Positions 1-10,162 of a DNA stretch of 38,612 bases are shown one piece after another (position 1 is the stretch's first letter; every line of letters begins with the position of its first letter). Below the pieces are notes generated by a model, which was not told the origin of the DNA, did no database searches, and saw only the letters and a program-made list of their open reading frames with translations. The stretch covers positions 1 to 38,612 of the forward strand of contig JAFCFP010000007.1 in the NCBI GenBank assembly GCA_017608575.1, in the 5' to 3' direction. Position numbers and translations under genes: made by a program. Source of the DNA: Candidatus Iainarchaeum sp. GTDB lineage: Archaea; Iainarchaeota; Iainarchaeia; Iainarchaeales; DTGL01.

Positions 1-2
1 AT

Positions 3-353
3 TAATTGCAGTATTGTGTCTTCGTCAACTTTAATGTTTTTTGCAACAGCGTATGCTGCTTTCGGGCGAATGTTTTTTAATGCCGGGTCAACGCTTGCCT
101 TTAAACCGCTTTTTTTCAATTTGTATTTTTTTAATCCGTATTCCTTTCCATAATAATAACGCAGTTCGCGTGCAATTCCTTCAACGCTCCACAAATCCGG
201 CCTGTTAGTGTCTTTTATGTCAACTTTTATTTTTTCACTGCATTCTTCCAATTCGCCTTTTGCGAATAACACTGCTTCTTCAAGTTCTTTGCAGTTTAGT
301 TTTTTTCCAACAAGCCTTTCGAGGTCTTTTTTGCTGAATTCAATTGTGGGCAT
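3..353 (-). CDS. pheT: Phenylalanyl-tRNA synthetase beta subunit, N-terminal part (runs off window start)
   Basis: Not in the ORF track. Manual translation from ATG at 353 gives MPTIEFSKKDLERLVGKKL...KIKVDIKDTNRPDLWSVEGIARELR, containing the archaeal PheT NRPDLxSxEGIAR motif. Lies directly downstream of pheS. Confidence 0.95.
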   Translation of the reverse strand, partial: MPTIEFSKKDLERLVGKKLNCKELEEAVLFAKGELEECSEKIKVDIKDTNRPDLWSVEGIARELRYYYGKEYGLKKYKLKKSGLKASVDPALKNIRPKAAYAVAKNIKVDEDTILQL

Positions 354-356
354 TTT

Positions 357-1808
357 TCAGTCAACCTCTACAAGTTTTTCTTCCCGCAACCAGTCAAGTT
401 TTTGGGAGAACAATTCCCGCATGTCATCAATTCCGAGTTTGAACATTGCCAGCCTGTCAATTCCAAGCCCCCACGCAATTGCATTGCATTTTATACCCAA
501 AGGTTCAAGCATTTCTGGCCTGAACAAGCCAGCGCCACCGAATTCAATCCATCCAAGTTTTGGGTGTTTTGCTGACAGCTGTACTGAGGGTTCAGTGAAA
601 GGATAGTAATCCGGATAAAATTTCACCTGTTTTGCATGAGCTATTTCTTCAGCGAATTGTTTAAGCATTCCAAGCAAGTGCTTGAAGGAAAGCTCTCCTA
701 CAATGAATCCTTCCAATTGATTGAATTCAATTAAATGGGTTCTGTCAACAGTGTCAGGTCTGTAACAGCGGGCTATTGCAAAGTATTTTCCAGGTACTTC
801 AATGCCTTGCACTAACTGTCTTGCACTGTGCGCTGTGCCGTGTGCTGTTGGCATTAGCCTGCGGGCAATGCTTTCTTGCCATTTGTAACGCCATCCAATA
901 CTTTCAGTGCTGCCACCGAACTCGTGTGCTTCTTTTACTGCTTTGACCTTTTTTTTCCCTGGCAATAACCCTTCTTTTGGGTTTTTTAATTGATATGTAT
1001 TGGTCCAGGTTCTTGCTGGGTGATTTTGTGGTTGGAATAAAACATCAAAGTTGTAGAATTCTTGCACTACAAGTGGTGCGGGCATTTCTTTGAAGCCCAT
1101 TGTTACAAGTTTTTCTCTTATTTGTTCAAGGAATTGTTCATAGGGTTGTTTTTTTCCAATGAATATTTTTTCCACTTCGCCAATGGCAAACTCTCTTTTT
1201 TTTGTTTTAAGCGCAATTGCCAATGCCTTTTTTCCGTTTTCTGTTATTGTTGCAATTGTTTTTTTTGATTTTTTTCTCTCAACGAGGCCTCTTTCAATTA
1301 ATTCATTGAGCAAAAACCCGTCATGTTTTGCTTCATTGAATGCTCTGCGTTCAATCATTTCAATTACTCTTTCTTCCTCTGATTTGTTTCTTTGAAGTCC
1401 TGTTTCCTCTATTTCTCCCTTTCCCGGAAAAACAATCCAGTTCATTCTTTTTGCTCTGCCAATTGCTGCGTTGAATTCTTCCATGCTTAAATTTGCTTTT
1501 TTTCTCACTTCGTCAAGTTTTGCTTTTCCGCCCAGTGCACGGATTGTTTCAACAAGCCTTCTTTCAGGGAGGAGTTTTTTTCCATTGCTTGTCAGAGAAA
1601 ATTCAACCAATTCCTTTACGCTGGTTTCAATTAGGTTTTTTTCCGCAAGCCAGCCGACTGCTCTCCGCGCTGAATCAATCGGCATTCTTGCTTTAACAGC
1701 AAGTTCTTCCAATTCCAATGGCTTGCCTTTGTTTAATGCTTTTAATGCAGATTTTTCAATTTCGCTTAATGATTTTGCAATGTTTAATAATTCACTCATT
1801 TCAACCAC
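357..1808 (-). CDS. pheS: Phenylalanyl-tRNA synthetase alpha subunit (archaeal type, N-terminal wHTH domains)
   Basis: Motifs NFDVLFQPQNHPAR, RCYRPDTVDRTHLIEFNQLEG, YYPFTEPS and WGLGIDRLAM. Confidence 0.97.
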   Translation of the reverse strand: MVEMSELLNIAKSLSEIEKSALKALNKGKPLELEELAVKARMPIDSARRAVGWLAEKNLIETSVKELVEFSLTSNGKKLLPERRLVETIRALGGKAKLDEVRKKANLSMEEFNAAIGRAKRMNWIVFPGKGEIEETGLQRNKSEEERVIEMIERRAFNEAKHDGFLLNELIERGLVERKKSKKTIATITENGKKALAIALKTKKREFAIGEVEKIFIGKKQPYEQFLEQIREKLVTMGFKEMPAPLVVQEFYNFDVLFQPQNHPARTWTNTYQLKNPKEGLLPGKKKVKAVKEAHEFGGSTESIGWRYKWQESIARRLMPTAHGTAHSARQLVQGIEVPGKYFAIARCYRPDTVDRTHLIEFNQLEGFIVGELSFKHLLGMLKQFAEEIAHAKQVKFYPDYYPFTEPSVQLSAKHPKLGWIEFGGAGLFRPEMLEPLGIKCNAIAWGLGIDRLAMFKLGIDDMRELFSQKLDWLREEKLVEVD

Positions 1809-1880
1809 TGCACTGGTTTTAATATAGTTAATAGGGTTATTAATTTTAAGTTATGCAATAATTGTTTTTGGTGTGAGATA

Positions 1881-2390
1881 ATGCTTTTTGTATTGGATGC
1901 TTCAGCTATTGTGAATGACCCGAATTTTTGTTTTGAGCAAAACCATTCATTTATTACTACCCCGGAAGTAATCGCAGAGTTTAAAACAATTGAAACCCGT
2001 GCGCTTGTTGACAATGCATTGCATCATTCCCTTCTTGAAATAAGGTCTCCTTCTATTGATTCGGTTCAAATTGCTTTGGAAAAAATAAGGGAATTGAATT
2101 TTGAAAGGCTTAGCAAGGCCGATGTTTCAATTATTGCTTTGGCGCTTGAATTAAAACGCGATGGAAAAAGGTTCATTGTTCTCACTGATGATTTTTCCAT
2201 TCAAAATTTTTTGGCATTGTTCAAGATTCATTACTCTTCTGTTTTACAGGATGGAATAAAAAACATTATTGCCTTTGAGTGCGTTTGCCAGGGTTGTGGC
2301 AAAAAGTTCAGTGTGGAGGAAAAGAAAAAAAGATGCCCTGACTGCGGAGCACGCATAATTAAGAAAAAAATCAGCAAGGCTGCAAAGTAA
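1881..2390 (+). CDS. nob1: Nob1-family PIN-domain endonuclease with zinc ribbon (16S rRNA maturation)
   Basis: VLDASA, LSKADVSIIALALEL and TDDFSIQN, plus C-terminal CQGC...CPDC. Confidence 0.9.
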   Translation: MLFVLDASAIVNDPNFCFEQNHSFITTPEVIAEFKTIETRALVDNALHHSLLEIRSPSIDSVQIALEKIRELNFERLSKADVSIIALALELKRDGKRFIVLTDDFSIQNFLALFKIHYSSVLQDGIKNIIAFECVCQGCGKKFSVEEKKKRCPDCGARIIKKKISKAAK

Positions 2391-2405
2391 GGGATTTTTT
2401 GCCTG

Positions 2406-3203
2406 TCAACCAAGTTTTGAATTTTTTATAATAAATGCTTCAATTTTTCCGCCCAGTGATTTGCGTTTCCAGTAAACTGCTCCAACAAAAACAAGCAGTG
2501 CAAGCAATACAATTGTTTGGGTTTCCTTGTTGGTGTTTTCAACAAAGTCTTTCACCATATAAGCAAGGCTGAAGGAAGGCGCAATTTGTGTCCAATAAGT
2601 GTATTTTATTTTAATTGTATTGGTTGAAATTCCGCCTGGAATTTTGATTACTGGTTTTAGGTTATTAGATATAGTTGCGCCATCAAAAACATCCGAGCGT
2701 TCAACTGTTGCCTGTGCTGGTAGAGTGAATGAAATTGTTGTATTTTTTGGAATAGTGTAAAGTTCTCCTTGCAGGAATTCCTTTAACACCCAGCGGTTTA
2801 ATTCAAAGACAATTGAGCGGCCAGTGCTTTCGTCCAGGTTTTTTCCCATTAAGGGGTTTATTAGTGAGTACCTTATTTCCAAGAATTTTTCATCCATGTT
2901 GAATGTAATCAACCCGCTGCCGGGCTTTATTTCGTCTTTTGTTCCAATGTGAATACGGAACCTTTCATCGAACAAGCTCCATTTGTCCAAGTCTGTTTGC
3001 AGTTCTTCGTATTTCTTTTTGAATTGTTGTAATTGGAATTCGTTTGGAAAACTCAAATAGAATCTTTCAACAATTTCTCCAAAACCGTCTTTGTCTATTT
3101 TGATGTCAATGGTGTGCTGTGTTATTTGGAACACTTGCGCGTTAGCAGGACAGAGAATAAAAAGCAGCAAAAGCAATGGAATTATTTTATTCAAAAAATG
3201 CAA
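2406..3203 (-). CDS. Hypothetical exported, membrane-anchored protein
   Basis: N-terminal signal-like hydrophobic stretch ending PANA; C-terminal TM helix followed by KRK; GGTG upstream of the TTG start. Confidence 0.75.
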   Translation of the reverse strand: MHFLNKIIPLLLLLFILCPANAQVFQITQHTIDIKIDKDGFGEIVERFYLSFPNEFQLQQFKKKYEELQTDLDKWSLFDERFRIHIGTKDEIKPGSGLITFNMDEKFLEIRYSLINPLMGKNLDESTGRSIVFELNRWVLKEFLQGELYTIPKNTTISFTLPAQATVERSDVFDGATISNNLKPVIKIPGGISTNTIKIKYTYWTQIAPSFSLAYMVKDFVENTNKETQTIVLLALLVFVGAVYWKRKSLGGKIEAFIIKNSKLG

Positions 3204-3352
3204 GGGACAACACCATTATTTTAATTGTTGGTTAACCTTATTATTCTTTTTCTTTGTTTTTTGCCGGCTTTGTAGCTGCCAAACGCCAGCAAAAGAAAAA
3301 AAAGAGACAGTGCATTTAAAAAAAGTTCATTGGAACAATTTTATTGATAGGA

Positions 3353-4039
3353 ATGGTTAAACTGCAGTACTTGGCTCACTCTTTTTTCAAGGTTTCATTT
3401 CCAAACTGCAATCTCCTCATTGACCCGTTTATTAATTGCCCTAAAAGAGACAATTTTAACAAGAGATTAATTGAGTGCCCTGTTTCAAGCGAAAAACTAA
3501 AAGACATTGATTTGATTCTTGTCACGCACGAGCACTTTGACCACTTTGACAAACGCACAATAGAAGACATTGCAGAGCGCGAGAACTCCATTGTGGTTGG
3601 ACATGAACAGGTTTTAAGGGAATTGAAAATAAAGGAGCGCCTTAAAAGGCCAATTGATCCTAGGAGCCCGCTTAATTTGTGCGGAGTAAACATTGAACCA
3701 ATTCCAATGCATCACCCTAATTCTTTTTATCCATTGGGTTACTTGCTTGAAGCCAATGGAACTAAATTGTTCCATGCAGGAGACACTGATTTGGTGAATG
3801 TTTTCAGCCGCATTAAAGCCAACATTTTAATGGTGCCAATTGGTGGCACTATTACAATGGATGTGGTTGACGCTGTCCGCGCTGTCAAAACAATGGAGCC
3901 AGACATTGCAATTCCAATGCATTACAATACATTTGAAATAATTAAAGCCTCTCCGCGTGAGTTCCAGGAAAAAATAGAAAAAAGCATTCTAAAAACAAAA
4001 GCGCGTGTTTTGAAGCCCAAACAGAAAATGAAATACTGA
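3353..4039 (+). CDS. Metallo-beta-lactamase-fold metal-dependent hydrolase (UPF0173-like)
   Basis: LIDPF, THEHFDH, FHAGDT, PIGG.ITM and IPMHYNTF motifs. ATG at 3353 preferred as start. Confidence 0.88.
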   Translation: MVKLQYLAHSFFKVSFPNCNLLIDPFINCPKRDNFNKRLIECPVSSEKLKDIDLILVTHEHFDHFDKRTIEDIAERENSIVVGHEQVLRELKIKERLKRPIDPRSPLNLCGVNIEPIPMHHPNSFYPLGYLLEANGTKLFHAGDTDLVNVFSRIKANILMVPIGGTITMDVVDAVRAVKTMEPDIAIPMHYNTFEIIKASPREFQEKIEKSILKTKARVLKPKQKMKY

Positions 4040-4164
4040 TAATAGCGGTCAAAATGTTTTTATAAATCGTAATTTCTTGATTCTTTGCTTTAGTTCTTTG
4101 AGTTTCTCTTGGTTGGTTTTGTCTGGCCTTGCAAGAATGTTGTCTTTACTGTCACAATGGAAAA

Positions 4165-4866
4165 TTAACCATAATAGGGCTGTCCATTTTCAATATCTTC
4201 TATTGTGCCAATGTCTTTCCATTCCCCGTTCCATTCAATAAAGCCGACTTTTTCTCCGTTGTTAATTTGGAGCATTATGGAGTCAGTTAACTCGAATTCA
4301 TTGCGAGGGCTTTTTTTTGTTTGTGCAATTGCTTCAAAAATAGTGGGAGTGAACTTGTAAACACCAATGTTGATTAGTTCTGATTCAACAGAATGCAATG
4401 GTTTTTCAATTATTTCTTTAACTAATTTTCCTTCAACCCTGACAACGCCGAATCTTTCATAGTTTTTTACACGTTTCACTGCAAGCACTGAACTGAAACC
4501 AGTTTTTTTCATTAACTGTTTTAAGAGTGCTGTTCCAACAATTACATCTGCATTCATGCACAAAAAGCTTTCTCCATTGCAGTATTCTTTAGTGCTTTCA
4601 ACTGCTTTTGCTGTGCCATTGCTGTTGCTTTGCACCAAATAGCTTATTTTCATTTTTCCAAATCTTGGACCAATTCTTTCAATTATTTTTTCCCCGAAAT
4701 TCCCTATTACAATTCCTGCTTTTTGGATTCCTGCTTTGTCCAGCGATTCAAGAACCCATTCAAGCAATGGCTTTCCATTGAATTCCACTAATGCTTTGGG
4801 TTTTTCTTTTGTCAATTGTTTCATTCTCGTGCCTTTGCCTGCAGCGAGCACTATTGCCTTCAACAC
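4165..4866 (-). CDS. Sugar-phosphate nucleotidyltransferase (NTP_transferase family, single domain)
   Basis: LAAGKGTRM...KPKAL, GTAKA, IIEKP, ELTD and WKDIGT. No left-handed beta-helix domain. Confidence 0.88.
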   Translation of the reverse strand: MLKAIVLAAGKGTRMKQLTKEKPKALVEFNGKPLLEWVLESLDKAGIQKAGIVIGNFGEKIIERIGPRFGKMKISYLVQSNSNGTAKAVESTKEYCNGESFLCMNADVIVGTALLKQLMKKTGFSSVLAVKRVKNYERFGVVRVEGKLVKEIIEKPLHSVESELINIGVYKFTPTIFEAIAQTKKSPRNEFELTDSIMLQINNGEKVGFIEWNGEWKDIGTIEDIENGQPYYG

Positions 4867-4867
4867 A

Positions 4868-5782
4868 TCACCTTGGAATGCTTAACTCCATTAATTCCCT
4901 TGAAGCAACTGTTTTTGCAAAAACCTTTTTTGCTTCTTTTTCAAGTTCATTGACATTCCTGTAACGCATTGAAAAATGCGTCAATACAAGTTTTTTTACT
5001 TTTGCCTTTTTTGCTATTTCTGCTGCCTGTTCTGAAGTGCAGTGAAATGTTTCCTTTGCTCTTTTTTCCATTGCTGAAGCAAAAACAGATTCATGCACTA
5101 AAACATCAGCTTCTTTTAAGTATTTGGTGTAATTCTTTACAGGCAAAGTGTCAAGCACAATGCACACTTTTCTGCCCTTTCTGCCCTTTGAATAATCCAT
5201 TACCTGTCTTGGCTTAATGGTTTTTCCTTTCCATTTTATTTTTTTGCCTTGTTGTAACATGGAATAAAGCGGTCCAGGCGGAATGCCAAGGGCTTCTGCT
5301 TTTTTTCGTATGAATTTTCCTTTTTTGTCTTTTTCCTTGAAGCAAAAGCCATAACATTGCATGTTGTGTTTTAATGGAAAAGCATTAATGGAAAAATTAT
5401 TTTCCTTTAAAACAATGCCTTTTTTTAATTCGTGTATTTTTATTTCATATTCGGGTTTGATTAAGGCAATTGCTAGGGCTTTTTGCACCATTTGGTGAAT
5501 TCCACGCGGTCCAAAGATTTTTAAGGGGGAATCTCTTTCAAACATGTTCATTGTTGCAAGCAATCCAGGCAAGCCCAAAAAGTGGTCTGCGTGAAAATGC
5601 GAGAAAAAAATTGAATCAATTTTCATATAACTGACTTTTGCTTTAAGCATTTGCTGTTGTGTATTTTCAGGGCAGTCAAATAAATAGTTTTTTCCATTAA
5701 AATGCAGTACTATTCCAGTCAAATTCCTGTCACGTGTTGGCGCACTGCAGCCAGTACCCAAAAACGTTAGTTTTAATTCCAT
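4868..5782 (-). CDS. rnz: Ribonuclease Z
   Basis: FLGTG..PTRDR, SHFHADHFLG, GIPPGP flexible arm, HES and LTHFSMRY. Confidence 0.96.
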   Translation of the reverse strand: MELKLTFLGTGCSAPTRDRNLTGIVLHFNGKNYLFDCPENTQQQMLKAKVSYMKIDSIFFSHFHADHFLGLPGLLATMNMFERDSPLKIFGPRGIHQMVQKALAIALIKPEYEIKIHELKKGIVLKENNFSINAFPLKHNMQCYGFCFKEKDKKGKFIRKKAEALGIPPGPLYSMLQQGKKIKWKGKTIKPRQVMDYSKGRKGRKVCIVLDTLPVKNYTKYLKEADVLVHESVFASAMEKRAKETFHCTSEQAAEIAKKAKVKKLVLTHFSMRYRNVNELEKEAKKVFAKTVASRELMELSIPR

Positions 5783-5851
5783 TGCAATTCACCTTGCTAA
5801 TTACCTTGCATTAAAGAAATATTTTAATTATGTTGGTATTGCTTTTTTTAT

Positions 5852-7819
5852 ATGCCATCCAAATCAAGCAAAAAGAAAAAAAAAGAAGCGAGACACAACG
5901 CGTTTAAAACAAAAGAATTCGGCTTTAAGTCAACTGCTGAAGTGCCTGTGCCGGAAAAAATAATCGACCAAGTAATTGGCCAGGAAAAAAGCGTTGAGTT
6001 GATTCGCAAGGCAGCCATTCAGAAAAGAAATGTGCTCTTGGTTGGCTTGCCTGGAACAGGCAAATCAATGCTTGCCCAGGCAATGGCGGAAATCCTTCCA
6101 GTGCAACAGTTAGAGGACATTCTTGTTTATCCAAACAATGCTGATCCAAACAATCCAAAAATCCGCACAGTGAAAGCCGGAGAGGGAAAGAAAATAGTGA
6201 ACGAAGCGCGCATTGATGCAATGAAACAGGAAAACAACATGCGCTTGATTTCAATGATTTTACCATTGGCTTTTTTGATGATTTCGTATTTTTTGTGGAT
6301 TTTTGGATTCATTCCGGATGTTGTTTTTGCAGCAACAATTATTGCTGGAATCTTTTTAATGGGCATTTTTGCTCTTGGCACACAAATGCGAAACCGTGAA
6401 TCCAATAAAACGCCAAAGCTTTTAATTGACAATTCCGGCAAAAAGATAGCTCCTTTTATTGAAGCAACTGGTGCTCGCGCTGGAGCATTGCTTGGAGATG
6501 TAAAGCATGATCCCTTACAGTCAGGCGGCTTGGGTACGCCTCCGCACTTGCGAGTTGAACCCGGAATGATTCACAGGGTTAATGGTGGAGTTTTGTTCTT
6601 GGATGAAATTGCTTCGCTGAGTCCAAAAAGCCAGCAGGAATTGCTTACAGCAATGCAGGAAAAAAAGTATGCAATTACTGGCCAGAGTGAAATGTCCTCT
6701 GGTTCAATGGTTCGTACTGAGCCAGTGCCCTGTGATTTTGTGTTTGTTGGTGCAGGAAATTATGAGGACTTGCGTAAAGTGCATCCAGCTCTGCGTTCAA
6801 GGATTCGCGGTTATGGTTATGAAATTTACATGAACTTGGACATGCCTGACACCAAAGAAAACAGGTTGAAACTGGTGCAGTTTGTTGCACAGGAAGTAAA
6901 AAAGGATGGTAAAATTCCGCATTTTGAAATGGATGCAGCGCAGGAAATAGTCCTTGAGGCAAGAAAGCGCGCTCAAAGGAAAAACCGTTTGACTCTCAAA
7001 CTCAGAGACTTGGGTGGTTTGGTTAGAGCAGCTGGGGATATTGCAAAAAAGAAAGGCCATTCGCTTGTGCAAAGACAGGATGTATTGGAGGCAAAAATGT
7101 CTGCTTTGACATTGGAACAGCAAATGATGGCTAAACTTATAGAGCAACGCAAGGACTATGATGTCTTTGTAAACAGGGGTTCCATTGTTGGGAGGGTTAA
7201 TGGCTTGGCTGTTACAGCTGATGGTTCTGCTGGAATGGTTCTGCCGATTGAGGCAGAGATTGCTCCAGCTGCTTCGAGAGCAGAGGGAAAAGTAATTGCA
7301 ACAGGCAAGCTTGGAGAAATTGCCAAAGAGGCGGTTCAAAACGTTTCCGCTTTGATTAAAAAAATAAGCGGAAAAGATATTAGAAAGCATGATTTGCATA
7401 TTCAATTCCTTCAAACCTATGAGGGCGTTGAAGGTGATTCGGCTTCGGTTAGTGTTGCCACTGCTGTAATTTCTGCACTTGAAAAAATTCCAATAAAGCA
7501 ATGCCTTGCAATGACTGGTTCTTTGTCTGTGAGAGGTGAGGTTTTGCCTGTTGGTGGCATTACTGCAAAGGTTGAAGCAGCAATTCAGGCTGGTTTTAAA
7601 GAGGTTATTATTCCAAAGGCTAATTTGCAGGATATCGTTATTTCAAGGGACAAACTGAAAAACATTAAAGTGATTCCGGTTGTTTCTTTGAGTGAAGTAT
7701 TGGACAATGCCTTGGTTAAAGGCAGGAAAACATCAATGCTTATTAAGTCTTTGAAGAAGATTCTTTCAATTGGGTTTCCCTCATTGTTAGAAAAGCACGC
7801 ATTAAAGGCACAGAATTGA
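5852..7819 (+). CDS. lonB: Archaeal membrane-anchored ATP-dependent protease LonB
   Basis: Walker A GLPGTGKS, two TM helices inside the AAA domain, Walker B LFLDEI, catalytic EGDSAS and GGITAK dyad. No intein. Confidence 0.96.
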   Translation: MPSKSSKKKKKEARHNAFKTKEFGFKSTAEVPVPEKIIDQVIGQEKSVELIRKAAIQKRNVLLVGLPGTGKSMLAQAMAEILPVQQLEDILVYPNNADPNNPKIRTVKAGEGKKIVNEARIDAMKQENNMRLISMILPLAFLMISYFLWIFGFIPDVVFAATIIAGIFLMGIFALGTQMRNRESNKTPKLLIDNSGKKIAPFIEATGARAGALLGDVKHDPLQSGGLGTPPHLRVEPGMIHRVNGGVLFLDEIASLSPKSQQELLTAMQEKKYAITGQSEMSSGSMVRTEPVPCDFVFVGAGNYEDLRKVHPALRSRIRGYGYEIYMNLDMPDTKENRLKLVQFVAQEVKKDGKIPHFEMDAAQEIVLEARKRAQRKNRLTLKLRDLGGLVRAAGDIAKKKGHSLVQRQDVLEAKMSALTLEQQMMAKLIEQRKDYDVFVNRGSIVGRVNGLAVTADGSAGMVLPIEAEIAPAASRAEGKVIATGKLGEIAKEAVQNVSALIKKISGKDIRKHDLHIQFLQTYEGVEGDSASVSVATAVISALEKIPIKQCLAMTGSLSVRGEVLPVGGITAKVEAAIQAGFKEVIIPKANLQDIVISRDKLKNIKVIPVVSLSEVLDNALVKGRKTSMLIKSLKKILSIGFPSLLEKHALKAQN

Positions 7820-9058
7820 TTACACTGCGAGCACAATGCGTCCTTTTTTTATTTCTATTTCTTTGATGCTGGCTGCTTTTAATTCTTCTTTTTTGTCTTC
7901 TTTTTTGAAGAAAACCCTGTTGGTTTTTCTGCTTATTTTTTGGACTTTTCCCAGCCATTCTCCGTTCTTTGAATACACTGGCAATCCGATGAGTAGTTCG
8001 GTGATTTTGTTTCTTAAATCCATTGATTCTGCAATGCGGAATGAAACCAGTAATACAATGAATGATACAAGTATTGAGGAGAGGAAAAAGTTAAGAGCTC
8101 CTTCCAGTATTACGAGAATGCCTGAGTCAAGAATGAACCAGAACAAAATTGTTGAAACAGCGTAAATGAAGTATCTTTTCAAGCGGTAAGCGCGTTTCAT
8201 TGCAATCATGTCCATTGCTTTTCCTGACACAATTAGCAGTGATGAAAGCACGAACAGTGAAAAGGTTCCCTGCACTGCTTTTATTAGGTTGAATGGAGTT
8301 GGCGGCGCGCTTGAAATGTTGAAATAAAGAGTCATTGGAATGAATACAAATAAAATAATAAAGCTTGCCAGGTAAAGCGGGAAAGAAATTCTTTGAATTG
8401 AAAAAGTGCGCGTTGCTCTTTCAAACTGTTTGTGGAGCCAGGCTTCTATTCCAAGACCTTTGACTATTAGGTATGCTCCAATTACCATTGAAATGCCTTG
8501 CAGGAAAAGCCCCTCCATTTTCAAGTACACGGTTATGGCAAAAAACAACAGGATTATTCCCGGAATGCCGAAAACAATTCTTGCAATGTAGGGATCTCGA
8601 AGAGCTTCCCTTAACGTATAATAAACCGATTCAACTTGTTGTGCTTGTTTTACTATTACCACTTGCTTTGAAATAATTCGGCCGCGGGATTGAATTATTG
8701 GAATTATTTGGTCGTCTTCTGCGCCGTCTGTTATAAGAATAAAGCCTTTTATTTTGTATTTTGCTTCCAGTGCATCCAGTTGCTCGTTTAATTTTTTGTC
8801 TGATTTGAAGCCGTGTTTTCCGTGTCCTGTGATTGTAACAATTTCAATGTTTTCAAATTCGCCTTGAATTTCGTCAAATTTTTTTATTGCTGCAAACAAT
8901 GAGTTTGCATCGCTTTCCTCGGGGTCAGCGAGAATTAACTTGTTTGCTGCTTTAAGGTTTGCGTTTCTTCCAATGATTGGCCCGGAAATCTTTGCTTTTC
9001 TTCCAAGGTCATTGTCTCTGTCAACGCATAAAACAATAACGGTTTCTTTTTTGGCCAT
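7820..9058 (-). CDS. DUF373-family membrane protein with C-terminal PRC-barrel-like domain
   Basis: VLCVDRDNDLG, DPEESDAN, TDGAEDD and VVIVKQ, then multiple TMs. C-terminal LIGLPVYSKNGEWLGKV resembles a PRC barrel. Confidence 0.85.
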   Translation of the reverse strand: MAKKETVIVLCVDRDNDLGRKAKISGPIIGRNANLKAANKLILADPEESDANSLFAAIKKFDEIQGEFENIEIVTITGHGKHGFKSDKKLNEQLDALEAKYKIKGFILITDGAEDDQIIPIIQSRGRIISKQVVIVKQAQQVESVYYTLREALRDPYIARIVFGIPGIILLFFAITVYLKMEGLFLQGISMVIGAYLIVKGLGIEAWLHKQFERATRTFSIQRISFPLYLASFIILFVFIPMTLYFNISSAPPTPFNLIKAVQGTFSLFVLSSLLIVSGKAMDMIAMKRAYRLKRYFIYAVSTILFWFILDSGILVILEGALNFFLSSILVSFIVLLVSFRIAESMDLRNKITELLIGLPVYSKNGEWLGKVQKISRKTNRVFFKKEDKKEELKAASIKEIEIKKGRIVLAV

Positions 9059-9195
9059 TTTAACCGCCAATTAATAATTAAGCCTTTTTTTTCGTTTTTT
9101 TTGCCATAGTCACCATTAAAATGCTTTGGCAATAAGTAATATATACCAGTTTTTATATATAAAGGGTTATTATTGCTGGAATTCGGGGATTAAAA

Positions 9196-10155
9196 ATGGC
9201 GGTTTCGCCTCAAGGGTTTAAATTGAGTCTTTTTGTTGTATTGCTTTGTTTAATTGTAATTGCTGTCCTTTTTGCCTTGCAGTTGTTGAATCCATTGCTT
9301 TCGAATATTTTTTGGATTGCCTTGCTTTTATTGAGTGTAGTGATTATTTGGCGTTTTGACCCATTGCTTAAATTAAAGGATTATGAGCGTGCAGTGATTT
9401 TTCGCTTTGGAAAAGTCCACAGGGTCGGTGGACCCGGATGGTGCATTGTTTGGCCATGGATTGAAACATATTCCTATGTTGATTTGAGGACAAAAACACT
9501 TGATGTTGCAAAACAGGACACAATTACAAAGGATTCAATTGAAGTGAAAATTGACGCGGTTATTTATTTAAAGGTCAGAAAGGACAATCAATCGGTTATT
9601 AATTCAGTTATTGAAGTTGAGAATTTTGAAGAAGCCGCGCGAACTTTTGTTATTGCTTCAATTCGTGACATTGTGGGTTCAATGGATTTAATGTCATTGA
9701 TTTCCAATATTGAAGAATTGAATTCAAAGCTTTTAAGGGACCTTTCAGGAATTGCAGAGGAATGGGGTGTGAGGGTGATTGCAGTGGAAATAAAGGACAT
9801 TGATATTCCTAAAACAGTTCTTGATGCAATGCATGAACAAAAAGCTGCAGTTCAACAAAAACTTGCCCGCATTGAACGCGCTCAAGCCCATAAAGCCGAA
9901 ATTGAAGCAGTAAAGGATGCTGCAAAAGACCTCTCGGATAAAGCAATGAATTATTATTACATTAAGGCATTGGAGGAAATGTCCAAAGGCAAGGGCACTA
10001 AAATGGTTTTTCCACTGGAATTTGCTGCTCTTGCAAGATCAATTGGTGCAACCTTTACGCCGCATTCTTCAGAACGGGAGAACATTCGCCAAATGAAGGC
10101 ATTAATTCGAAAATATGAACGCGAATTAAAAGCCAAAAAAAGCAAAAAGGACTGA
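9196..10155 (+). CDS. SPFH/band 7 (stomatin-like) membrane protein
   Basis: Two N-terminal TMs, YERAVIFRFG, VDLRT...Q.TITKD and WGVRVIAVEIKDI. Confidence 0.92.
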   Translation: MAVSPQGFKLSLFVVLLCLIVIAVLFALQLLNPLLSNIFWIALLLLSVVIIWRFDPLLKLKDYERAVIFRFGKVHRVGGPGWCIVWPWIETYSYVDLRTKTLDVAKQDTITKDSIEVKIDAVIYLKVRKDNQSVINSVIEVENFEEAARTFVIASIRDIVGSMDLMSLISNIEELNSKLLRDLSGIAEEWGVRVIAVEIKDIDIPKTVLDAMHEQKAAVQQKLARIERAQAHKAEIEAVKDAAKDLSDKAMNYYYIKALEEMSKGKGTKMVFPLEFAALARSIGATFTPHSSERENIRQMKALIRKYERELKAKKSKKD

Positions 10156-10162
10156 GTGGCTT

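Noticed and set aside
4049-4164. Short minus-strand open frame (...DNILARPDKTNQEKLKELKQRIKKLRFIKTF) after the nucleotidyltransferase
   Set aside because: No convincing start codon or recognisable family. It may be a gene remnant but is not supportable.
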